A DNA stretch of 55,073 nucleotides. Origin: an uncultured Eubacterium sp. Its GTDB lineage: Bacteria > Bacillota > Clostridia > Peptostreptococcales > Anaerovoracaceae. Numbering within the stretch: the first letter of the stretch is position 1; the number at the start of each line of letters is the position of its first letter. The notes under the pieces were generated by a model that had not been told where the DNA came from, ran no database searches, and saw only the letters and a program-made list of their open reading frames with translations. Below are positions 31,701 through 40,620 of this stretch, in pieces. Made by a program: the position numbers and the translations under genes. The stretch is taken from NCBI GenBank assembly GCA_905193765.1, contig CAJJPZ010000001.1, positions 1-55,073 of the forward strand, read 5' to 3'.

Positions 31701-31895
31701 TCATTGGGGCAATCCTTCACTATTCCATAAGCCCGCAAAAGTACTGCAAGCCATGATCGTCATTATATCCACGGCTGATGCCCATCCCGATACAAACATA
31801 CCATTCTCAAATGCTGATACACCTGTACTGCATCCAGCGTTGATGGTATTATCTCTGCCATACCACTGCCAGCATCTATTATATTTTCCCATCAT
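31701..31895 (-). CDS. Possible 64-aa leader/small protein upstream of ABC exporter
   Basis: Promoter TTGTAA-17-TATACT (31933-31961) and AGAAGGA RBS precede the ATG; no recognised family. Confidence 0.35.
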   Translation of the reverse strand: MMGKYNRCWQWYGRDNTINAGCSTGVSAFENGMFVSGWASAVDIMTIMACSTFAGLWNSEGLPQ

Positions 31896-32102
31896 AATTG
31901 TCCTTCTATTCTCTCAGTGACTGTATGTTATGAGTATATCACCCGTACCGGCTATTTACAACACTCCACCATATGCAGATGAGCCGCTGAGACAGCCATG
32001 CTTTTCAAGATGGAACGTCTGGGCCTAAAATCATCTGGTTTCGATGTTTTTAAATCCGGTCAGCGATCCAAAGTGTCGTCGGCATTTACGAGCTGGCATA
32101 AT

Positions 32103-32216
32103 GGTAGAGTTTTTTGTGAAATTTTTCATAAAACCTACTGCGCGAGGTTAGCAGCGACCACACAAAGGCCAGGCAACATGACAATGGTAGAGTTTCTCCA
32201 GTAAAAAATCAAAAAA
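32103..32216. repeat. GTAG-palindrome pair (half element; second site truncated by a terminator)
   Basis: Forward sites at 32103 and 32186 (83 bp); second ends in AAAAAA-TCCCTGG..CCAGGGA hairpin instead of CCTAC. Confidence 0.85.
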
Positions 32217-32303
32217 TCCCTGGCTTAAACCCACCAGGGAACTCATCACTTCATTTTCCATTTATTATGACTCGTGCAGCCGGTATACTCCTTCTTCGGA
32301 TCC

Positions 32304-32765
32304 TCAGTCTGCATTCTGCTCTTCCCGGGAGTTCTCCTCCTCACTGCAACAGCAGCACTCCACTGTGACATGTCCGGCCTCTGTCTGCACCATACCCCTC
32401 TGGCCGCCCAGTACCCGGCGGCACGTCCCGAAGACGTCGATGACAGCCCGTCTCCTGCGGAAAAATCCCGACAGGATCTTCGTAAGTCTTTCTCTGTGTT
32501 TTTTCACGATGTTCTCAAGGAGCTGGCTGGCGTATTCGCAGCCGTCTTCGTTGATGGAATAATAGTTCCACTTGCCTTTCCTGCGGCTGCGGACTATCCC
32601 TGATTCGCAAAGTATCTTCATGTGGTGCGACAGTGTCGGCTGGGATATTTTCAGATCATCCAGCAGCACACACGCACACTCCTCACCTTCGCAGAGGATC
32701 TCCAGGACCCTCACCCGGTTCTCATCAGTGAACGCCTTGAAAACCTTTATATATTCTGAGTTCAT
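32304..32765 (-). CDS. ArsR/SmtB-family regulator with Cys-containing C-terminal extension
   Basis: FKAFTDENRVRVL, ECACVLL, ISQPTLSHHMKIL, RRKGKWNYYS. Confidence 0.9.
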   Translation of the reverse strand: MNSEYIKVFKAFTDENRVRVLEILCEGEECACVLLDDLKISQPTLSHHMKILCESGIVRSRRKGKWNYYSINEDGCEYASQLLENIVKKHRERLTKILSGFFRRRRAVIDVFGTCRRVLGGQRGMVQTEAGHVTVECCCCSEEENSREEQNAD

Positions 32766-33185
32766 ATCGCACCTCCATTGCGGTCGTTACATCTTATATC
32801 ACTTCTGTTATTTTATCGCTAAAACATGGCACTGTCTTAAGTTTATCCTGCTGTGGATCTCGATCTGCCAGCACTGTAACCTGCACATGATAAAGGCTCC
32901 GATTCATCGCATAATAACGATCCGCAGCCATAATGCCGGCATCGGCCTTATATGATAATGACCCGGTTGAACTGCCGTATGTAACCGGATCTCCGCAGCA
33001 TCATACACCACCTGTATCTGCTGCTATCCCGCAGGGGCACAGTACAGCCGACTGCAGTCTCTCGGTTACAACTCCGTCACAGTAACCACTGCCGCCGGTC
33101 TTTTTTCACCATCCCCGGAGTAAATTTATTCCCGCCGGACATCTGCCATACCTGCACAGCACCGCTGTCCTGCGAAAGACGCCGC

Positions 33186-34196
33186 CTATATCTCTATCTT
33201 AGTGCCGTTCCCTAACATTATATGCTCATATCCGGATTCTTTCAATAATTCCCTGCATCTTCCGATGTCCCAGCCGCGATTTTCCTTAGTGTCGCTGGCG
33301 ATATCACGAGGGTTCACGCCGGACTCGGCACATACCATGTTGGCGCCGGCCATGTAACCCATGATGTTCGGTTCGTGGACAGCCATGATCGGCATGCGCT
33401 TCATTGATGCAAAGGTCAGCACCTGCGCTGCGATGATCTTTGAAAGTGTGAAAGGGCTGATCTCCGGTTTCCCTTCGAAAGGCGTTCCCGGCACGGATAT
33501 CCTTTTCATAGCTCCGCACTGGAAAGTTTCCAGCTCACGGCTGAAGAGGATATGCTCTGCCATCTGCTCCGGCGTGTGTTCCGGTGCGATAGGTTCCAAT
33601 GCATCCAGGACTTCCAGTCCGGCTTTCTTTGCGTTCAGCATGGTCTGTTTGCGCTGCTCGGGGTCGATCCTTGTATCCGTGCCTTCGCCCAGGCGCCAGC
33701 AGTGGTAGACGCCTGAGATTCCTGCCGTTTTCATCTCGACGAAATCCTCGTAGGAAGTGTCTCCCACGTTGGAAAACATCAGCGTGCTGCCGTTGAGGTT
33801 CTGCCCCGCCAGCTTCACCGACTCCAGGAAATGCTCAAGATCGTACTTGTGCATCGCCATCAGGTAAAGACCATATAGGTCTCCGTTGTATGTAAATTCC
33901 TTTGTTTTCTGTATCACTGTTTCAGCGTCCATGTGCATGGTGCCGAACCGGGTATGATCCTCTGCGAATGAGCAGAAGGAGCAGTTAGCTTCGCACGGTG
34001 CGCAGGCGATGCCTATCTGTCCGAAAAGATATCCGGCGTTGCCGTTGCGGGCTCTGATGATGCCCGACGCAGCTCCCCTTATTGCAAAAGCCTCCTCCGA
34101 GGCATCGCCTACAGACAGCAGTGCTATACATTCCGCCTTTGTCAGCTCCAGACCCTCATAAGCTCTGTCTATTATCTTTCTTATTTCTTTGTCCAT
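33186..34196 (-). CDS. Radical SAM protein, biotin-synthase-related
   Basis: CEANCSFC motif, YHCWRLGEG, AESGVNPRD; ATG 34196 behind AAGGAG. Confidence 0.8.
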   Translation of the reverse strand: MDKEIRKIIDRAYEGLELTKAECIALLSVGDASEEAFAIRGAASGIIRARNGNAGYLFGQIGIACAPCEANCSFCSFAEDHTRFGTMHMDAETVIQKTKEFTYNGDLYGLYLMAMHKYDLEHFLESVKLAGQNLNGSTLMFSNVGDTSYEDFVEMKTAGISGVYHCWRLGEGTDTRIDPEQRKQTMLNAKKAGLEVLDALEPIAPEHTPEQMAEHILFSRELETFQCGAMKRISVPGTPFEGKPEISPFTLSKIIAAQVLTFASMKRMPIMAVHEPNIMGYMAGANMVCAESGVNPRDIASDTKENRGWDIGRCRELLKESGYEHIMLGNGTKIEI

Positions 34197-34507
34197 AGTT
34201 TTCTCCTTTGTCTTGCTGCGGGGATCCCCCTCCCGCACATTCCTGTGATACATAACGGTGCAGCCCTCCGCTGCAGTCACTTTTCACTTACATATGTAGT
34301 ATATTTGACATATCGAAAAATTTCAATATATTTTGAGGTGATATCGGATGGGAGTCTTTCTCAGATCTCCAGGTGTAGTCGCAGGTGGAGGAGTGAGCTC
34401 AACGAACGTTGCCATCCTGACCAAAGATCCGCAGGCGATCCGTTTGTGATACAACACAACGTTCCCAGCCTTTTTTATGGTATCACTACAATTTATTCAA
34501 AAAACCC

Positions 34508-34536
34508 TTTACATCCCCGATGTCAGGTGTTATGAT
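34508..34536 (+). promoter_or_regulatory. Sigma-A promoter of aro operon leader
   Basis: TTTACA-17 bp-TATGAT with TGn extension. Confidence 0.7.
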
Positions 34537-34592
34537 TTTAACAGATAGTTCGGGGCATATCCGACGATCAATAAACCGAAAGGAAAAAAGCA

Positions 34593-34682
34593 ATGTTTAA
34601 TAAAGCAGTATTTGCAGCAGAATATTTTTACTTTTACTTTACTTTTTATAAGGGTAAGGTGAATTTCGCTGCAATGAGATAA
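34593..34682 (+). CDS. Phe/Tyr-rich attenuator leader peptide, 29 aa (MFNKAVFAAEYFYFYFTFYKGKVNFAAMR)
   Basis: RBS GAAAGGA 34578-34584; YFYFYFTFY tract at 34623-34649; directly upstream of terminator and aroF; below ORF-track cutoff. Confidence 0.85.
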   Translation: MFNKAVFAAEYFYFYFTFYKGKVNFAAMR

Positions 34683-34725
34683 AGCTTTTGAACATGCTCC
34701 GACAGATCGGAAAATGCAAAACATC

Positions 34726-34758
34726 TCCGCAAGTGAAATTCACTTGCGGATTTTTTTT
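34726..34758 (+). terminator. Attenuator terminator
   Basis: TCCGCAAGTGA-AAT-TCACTTGCGGA then T8; GAAATTCAC (34735-34743) can alternatively pair with GTGAATTTC (34659-34667). Confidence 0.88.
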
Positions 34759-34890
34759 AGGCGCTGCGAACCAAGGTGCACCGGAGTGCAGTGCCGGAGA
34801 ACCCAGCCGCCGCTCCAAGGATACGCGGCAGGCGCAGCAAACCGTAAACAAACTCAGAAACAAATGACAGCAAGTCAATGGAGGTAGAAA

Positions 34891-35901
34891 ATGATAGTTA
34901 TATTAAAGGACAACCCGGATCAGAAACAGCTGGACAACCTGATTTCATGGCTCAAGAGCATGAACCTGGACATCCACCGCAGTGAAGGAAGCTCCACAAC
35001 GATCCTTGGTCTCATCGGAGACACAGCTTCAGTGGACATCGATCTCATCAAGGCGCTGGATATCGTCGAAACAGTAAAGCGTGTCCAGGAACCTTACAAG
35101 AACGCCAACAGGAAATTCCATCCAGAGGACACTGTAGTGGAGATCACTCCTGACGTTAAGATCGGCGGAGGTGATTTCCAGGTCATCGCAGGTCCATGTT
35201 CCGTCGAATCGGAAGAGCAGGTATGCGAAGTCGCTCATGATGTCAAGGCTGCAGGCGCAGGTCTCTACAGAGGCGGAGCGTTCAAGCCGAGGACTTCACC
35301 TTACACTTTCCAGGGCATGAGAGACGAAGGTATCAAGCTGTTGCTGGAAGCAAAGAAGCAGTCCGGACTCCCTATCGTAACTGAGATCATGGACATATCC
35401 CATCTGCCTCTTTTCGAAAATGTAGATGTGATACAGGTCGGCGCCAGAAACATGCAGAACTTCGAACTGCTGAAAGAACTGGGCCATACAGACAAGCCGA
35501 TCCTGCTGAAGCGCGGACTTTCCAGCACGCTGAAGGAGCTGCTGATGAGCGCCGAATACATCATGGCAGGCGGCAACAGCAGGATCATCCTCTGCGAACG
35601 CGGCATCAGGACATTCGAGACTGCCACAAGAAACACCCTCGACCTCGCATCCATACCGCTCCTGAAGACGATGACACATCTGCCGATCATCGTTGACCCG
35701 AGCCACGCTACTGGTATCGCAGGTCTCGTGAAGCCGATGGCTATGGCGGCAACAGCTGCAGGTGCAGACGGTCTGATGATCGAGGTGCACAACAATCCGG
35801 CGGCTGCGCTCTGCGACGGAGCTCAGTCACTGACACCGGCAGCATTCAAGGACGTTATGGATGCGGTCAACGCCATCAGACCTCTGGCATACAAAGGTTA
35901 G
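34891..35901 (+). CDS. aroF: DAHP synthase (type I-beta, N-terminal regulatory domain)
   Basis: IAGPCSVES, GGAFKPRTSPY, QVGARNMQNF, LKRG, CERGIRTF, VDPSH. Confidence 0.95.
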   Translation: MIVILKDNPDQKQLDNLISWLKSMNLDIHRSEGSSTTILGLIGDTASVDIDLIKALDIVETVKRVQEPYKNANRKFHPEDTVVEITPDVKIGGGDFQVIAGPCSVESEEQVCEVAHDVKAAGAGLYRGGAFKPRTSPYTFQGMRDEGIKLLLEAKKQSGLPIVTEIMDISHLPLFENVDVIQVGARNMQNFELLKELGHTDKPILLKRGLSSTLKELLMSAEYIMAGGNSRIILCERGIRTFETATRNTLDLASIPLLKTMTHLPIIVDPSHATGIAGLVKPMAMAATAAGADGLMIEVHNNPAAALCDGAQSLTPAAFKDVMDAVNAIRPLAYKG

Positions 35902-35987
35902 GATCCGGCACTACCTGTTCATCTGCAGCCTCCGGGACAAAAATCTGCGGGCGGCAGGTCCGGCAGGCAGCGTCAGCTGCCAGTCAT

Positions 35988-36315
35988 GGTAGAGAAATCC
36001 GGATATTTTCGCGGAAAACCTACTCCCGACCCACAACGCAGCTGACTGGAACGATTCCGGGGCAGGCGCAGGGCTGACAATGGTAGAAAAATCAGCAATG
36101 TTTCTTCAAAAACCTACTCTCAGCTCTGTCTCTGGCCTGAAAAAGTCGGGCAGCAGCCAAAAATTTGCAAATCCGAGCTGTGATGAGTAGATTTTTAAGA
36201 TAAAAACTTCTGAAACTCTACCATACGCACCTGATTCTGCTGCCGACATCAGTGAAGGCGGCGAAGACCGGTGGCAACGGTAGGTTTTTACGAAAAAAAG
36301 CTGTGAAACTCTACT
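35988..36315. repeat. Phased GTAG-palindrome quartet, copy 6 (328 bp long variant)
   Basis: Sites start at 35988, 36082, 36186, 36279; spacing 94/104/93. Confidence 0.92.
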
Positions 36316-36592
36316 CCCGGCACACCACAGCACATCCCGGCCCGCAGCGCATCAGCCGAAACCGCTCCCGGGACAGGCGCAGGATCATCCAGCGAATCAG
36401 CAAGGACCGGCAACTGGCCGGCACAGGGCCGACCAATGAACCAGCACGAGGGCCTGCACAGGATCGACAGTGGCAGAGAAAACAGCAGTGGCAGGAAAAT
36501 CATCTGTAACTCTGCTGCCGGGTCCGCAGAACAGGAAAACAGAGCCCGGATTTTGCATAAAATACTACTTATTATATGAGAGGTGATTTATA

Positions 36593-37432
36593 ATGGAAAT
36601 AGGAATCGTGGGACTGGGGCTCATCGGCGGATCGCTGGCGAAGGCCATCAGTCAGAACACAGATAATACAGTATACGGTACAGATCTCAGTGAGCAGGTG
36701 GTTAGAAAGGCCATCCTGGTCAATGCCATCGAGCAGCCACTGACTGACACGCTGCTGACTCAGTGTGACATCGTGATCGTGGCGCTTTACCCCCAGGCGA
36801 CAGTGGATTATGTGAAGTCTCACGCAGATCTCATCAAGGAGGGGGCTGTTGTGGTGGACTGCGGCGGCATCAAGAAGCTGGTCTGCGACGAGCTGATCCC
36901 TGTGGCGGAGGAGCACGGCTTCCTTTTCGTGGGCGGTCATCCGATGGCAGGGCTGGAGCACTCAGGCTTCACGTACGCCAAGAAGTCGCTTTTCAACAAT
37001 GCGTCCATGATATTCACAGCTACGAAGGGACCTATCGAGAGTATGGAAAAACTGAAAGATCTGTTCACCTCCATAGGTTTCACCAACATCGAGATCACGA
37101 CGCCGGAGGCTCACGACAGAAAGATCGCGTTCACATCTCAGCTGGCTCATGTGGTTTCCAACGCTTACATCAAGAGCCCGACTGCCATGGAGCATGCGGG
37201 GTTCTCGGCGGGAAGCTACAAGGATCTGACCAGGGTCGCCAAGCTCAACGAGGATATGTGGACAGAACTTTTCCTTGAGAACCGGGACAATCTGGCCGGT
37301 GAGATCGATACGCTGATAGACAGTCTCACCGAGTACCGAGACGCTATCCGGGAGGACGACAGCGAACGGCTGCGCGCTCTGCTGAGGGACGGCCGTGAAA
37401 AGAAAGCGCTGATAGACGGCGAAGTATTTTAA
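36593..37432 (+). CDS. tyrA: Prephenate dehydrogenase
   Basis: GLGLIGGS, GGHPMAG, HDRKIAFTSQLAH, GSYKDLTRVA. Confidence 0.93.
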   Translation: MEIGIVGLGLIGGSLAKAISQNTDNTVYGTDLSEQVVRKAILVNAIEQPLTDTLLTQCDIVIVALYPQATVDYVKSHADLIKEGAVVVDCGGIKKLVCDELIPVAEEHGFLFVGGHPMAGLEHSGFTYAKKSLFNNASMIFTATKGPIESMEKLKDLFTSIGFTNIEITTPEAHDRKIAFTSQLAHVVSNAYIKSPTAMEHAGFSAGSYKDLTRVAKLNEDMWTELFLENRDNLAGEIDTLIDSLTEYRDAIREDDSERLRALLRDGREKKALIDGEVF

Positions 37433-37449
37433 AAAAGGAACTATATCAA

Positions 37450-38541
37450 ATGAAGAAGATCTCAGTCAATGCATCGAGAAATTACGAAGTCATAATGGGA
37501 CGCGGTCTGCTGAAAAATGCGGCTGCATATATAAAGGAAGCTTTTGGCAGGAACCCTGCTGGTATGAAGCTTTGCATCGTCACCGATGAGACGGTGGGCG
37601 GGCTTTACGGCGGCAGCGACCATGCGCTGCATCAGTCGCTGGAACAGGCAGGCTTCGAAGTGCATACGTATGTTTTCCCCGGCGGCGAGGAAAACAAGAA
37701 CATGTCTACCATAGCTGACATACTGAACTATCTGGCAGACAACAGATTTTCCAGGTCGGATGCGCTGATCGCGCTGGGAGGCGGCATCACAGGCGACGTG
37801 ACAGGATTCGCGGCGGCAAGCTTCCTCCGGGGCGTGGAGTTCATCCAGATACCGACTTCACTGCTGGCTGTCGTGGATTCATCGGTGGGTGGTAAGACCG
37901 GTGTCAACCTGAATGCAGGAAAGAACCTGGCCGGAGCGTTCTGGCAGCCGTCGGCGGTGCTTTTCGATCCCGATGTGCTGAACACGCTGTCCTATGACCT
38001 GAAGCTGGACGGTATCGCGGAGGCTGTCAAGGCGGGGATCATCGGCGATCCCGGTATCATAACAGCCGTCAGCGGCGACATTCCGGCAGATGACGCCGGT
38101 TTCCTCACAGATCTGGCTGCCATGGCCGTCGAGGTCAAGCGCAAAGTCGTAGAGGAGGACGAACGTGAGTCCGGCGTGCGCCAGCTGCTGAATCTCGGCC
38201 ACACGCCTGCCCACGCCATAGAAAAGTGCAGCAGCTACTCCATACGTCACGGTCATGCTGTGGCTATGGGTATAGCGATAGTTGCAACTGCGGCGGCAGC
38301 CATGGGATGGACTTCTGCCGAATGCCGTGACGACATCATCAGTATTCTTAAACGGTTCGGCTTCCAGCTGGGCTGCCCTTACAGTCCGGCTCAGCTGGCT
38401 GAGGCCGCATTCCGTGACAAGAAGGTCCGGGGCAGCAGCATAACGCTGGTCATCCCGGAAGCCCATGGAAAATGCACGCTTAAGACCATCCCTACCGATG
38501 AACTCGAGAGGTTCTTCACACTGGGACTGGAGCAGAAATAA
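37450..38541 (+). CDS. aroB: 3-dehydroquinate synthase
   Basis: ALGGGITGD, PTSLLAVVDSSVGGKTG, KNLAGAFWQP, LLNLGHT, HGHAVA. Confidence 0.95.
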   Translation: MKKISVNASRNYEVIMGRGLLKNAAAYIKEAFGRNPAGMKLCIVTDETVGGLYGGSDHALHQSLEQAGFEVHTYVFPGGEENKNMSTIADILNYLADNRFSRSDALIALGGGITGDVTGFAAASFLRGVEFIQIPTSLLAVVDSSVGGKTGVNLNAGKNLAGAFWQPSAVLFDPDVLNTLSYDLKLDGIAEAVKAGIIGDPGIITAVSGDIPADDAGFLTDLAAMAVEVKRKVVEEDERESGVRQLLNLGHTPAHAIEKCSSYSIRHGHAVAMGIAIVATAAAAMGWTSAECRDDIISILKRFGFQLGCPYSPAQLAEAAFRDKKVRGSSITLVIPEAHGKCTLKTIPTDELERFFTLGLEQK

Positions 38542-38646
38542 CGACCCGACTGCAGGGAGTCTCCGGGATCACGATTCGCAGACAGACCGGCCCTCCACGA
38601 ACACTGCATAAATACCACCCTGACAACGAAAGGACGATATTCAACG

Positions 38647-40470
38647 ATGGATGTAAAAATAATCCCCGGAAAGCTCCGGGGCAGGATAACGGCGATGCCG
38701 TCAAAATCTCACGCCCACAGGGTACTGATAGCCCAGAAGCTGGCTCAGCTCCAGGGCACGGGCTGCAAAGACCCGCTTTTCATACCCGAGTTTTCCCGGG
38801 ACATAACTGCCACCAAGAACTGTCTGGCACAGCTGGACAGATGCTCGGGTGCTGATCACTGCACCCGGGCAGGAGACGACCTCAATGCAGAAGGTGTTGC
38901 TGACCGGCAGACTGCCGCATCAAAGACAACTGACGGTGCAGGCAGCAGACAAGCTGACGATCCGGCCGGCAGGCGTAATACCACAGACAGCACAACAGCA
39001 GCAGACACAGCCACAGACGTACCTCTGCTGGACTGCGGCGAGAGCGGTTCCACGCTGAGATTCATGCTGCCGGTAGCGATGGCCGTAACCGACAAAGCGA
39101 TATTCGCAGGTTCCGGCAAGCTTCCTCAGCGTCCAATATCCCCATTAAAAGAAGAAATGGAAAATCACGGCTGTGTGTTCACCATGGGCGCCGGCCGTAC
39201 TGTGGACATCAGCAAAACCGGGATCACAACAGACAACAGATCCGCTGCAGACAATAGCACAGACTCCGCAAACGGCGGCGGAGCCACCGAGATATGCACC
39301 ATCACAGGCAGGCTGCAGCCGGGAGAATACACACTTCCCGGAAACATAAGCTCCCAGTTCATAACAGGCCTGCTCTTCGCACTGCCGATACTGGACGGAG
39401 ACAGCAGCCTTCGCCTCACCACGAAACTGGAATCAGCAGGATACGTCGATCTCTCTCTGGACGTCCTCAGAGACTTCGGGATCGACATCAGGATCGACAC
39501 AGACGAAAACGGATTCATCACATACAACATAAAAGGCGGTCAGAAGTACACGGAACCGGAGGGCCTCAGCATCGAGGGCGACTGGTCCAACGCAGCATTC
39601 TGGCTTGCATGCGGAGCCCTTGGCGGCGACATCATCTGCGACGGACTTAAAGCCGACTCCTCCCAGCGTGACAGGGAAGTCCTGACCGTCCTGCAAAATC
39701 TGGGCGCAAGCATAACCACTGAGGCCGGAAGCGACGGCCTCACCACCGTGATCTGCAGAGCACCCGGAAGCACCGGTATCGGCGTCCACACAAATTCCGG
39801 CGATAGCAGCGACGACCATATGTGTGCTGCCCGCTGGGACAGCCATGCTTCAGACAGACGCAGCGACGAATGCTTATCTGAAGATCGATCGGTCGCAGAT
39901 TCCGCGCCTGACCATCGCAGTTCAGCATACCAGGCAGATGTCCGCAGCACGGACAACCGCACAGACTGCTGTGCCGGCACTCACAGCACCGTAAACGGCG
40001 CTCCTGACAACGGCTCTCCGCAAACGCCAGCGACCGCCGACCCAGCTCAGACTGCAGGCATGACAGGCACAGGTCTTGCAGCCATAGATCTGGACGTGAC
40101 ACAGATCCCGGATCTCGTGCCCGTACTGGCTGCGGTGATGTCCGCAGCAGAAGGTAACTCCGTGATCACCGGCGCAGAACGTCTCAGGATAAAGGAGTCC
40201 GACAGACTTGAAACCGTCCGCGACTTTCTCAGCAGGCTGGGCGCAGACATCGAATGCCTGGACGACGGACTTTCCATAACAGGCATGGCGGGCCTGGCAG
40301 GCGGCGAAGTATCCAGCCACAACGACCACCGCATCGCCATGGCAGCAGCAGTGGCCTCATGCATATGCCGCGGGCCCGTTATCATCAGAGGAGCAGACGC
40401 CGTAAGCAAATCATATCCTGATTTTTTCAGTGATTTCACCGGACTTGGCGGCACAGTCAGCGAGATATAG
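38647..40470 (+). CDS. aroA: EPSP synthase with three large low-complexity in-frame insertions
   Basis: PSKSHAHR, DCGESGSTLRF, SSQFITGLL, EGDWSNA, IPDL, LRIKESDR, HNDHRIAMA, KSYPDF. Confidence 0.92.
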   Translation: MDVKIIPGKLRGRITAMPSKSHAHRVLIAQKLAQLQGTGCKDPLFIPEFSRDITATKNCLAQLDRCSGADHCTRAGDDLNAEGVADRQTAASKTTDGAGSRQADDPAGRRNTTDSTTAADTATDVPLLDCGESGSTLRFMLPVAMAVTDKAIFAGSGKLPQRPISPLKEEMENHGCVFTMGAGRTVDISKTGITTDNRSAADNSTDSANGGGATEICTITGRLQPGEYTLPGNISSQFITGLLFALPILDGDSSLRLTTKLESAGYVDLSLDVLRDFGIDIRIDTDENGFITYNIKGGQKYTEPEGLSIEGDWSNAAFWLACGALGGDIICDGLKADSSQRDREVLTVLQNLGASITTEAGSDGLTTVICRAPGSTGIGVHTNSGDSSDDHMCAARWDSHASDRRSDECLSEDRSVADSAPDHRSSAYQADVRSTDNRTDCCAGTHSTVNGAPDNGSPQTPATADPAQTAGMTGTGLAAIDLDVTQIPDLVPVLAAVMSAAEGNSVITGAERLRIKESDRLETVRDFLSRLGADIECLDDGLSITGMAGLAGGEVSSHNDHRIAMAAAVASCICRGPVIIRGADAVSKSYPDFFSDFTGLGGTVSEI

Positions 40471-40620
40471 ACGGAATGCAGACATCATGCTAAAATCTAT
40501 AGAACAAAAGTGGCTTCGCCACGTGTTATCATGTGAAACTTTTGTTGATATTCCGGAAATATCGAAAACGATATTTCCTACATAATAAAAAAATCTTACA
40601 GATCGAAGAGGTATCGGAAA

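Noticed and set aside
34540..34890. T-box riboswitch upstream of aroF
   Set aside because: No GGTGGNACC T-box motif or Stem I; leader peptide explains the terminator
39758..40074. Intein in AroA
   Set aside because: No C/S start with HN end or LAGLIDADG motifs; low-complexity composition
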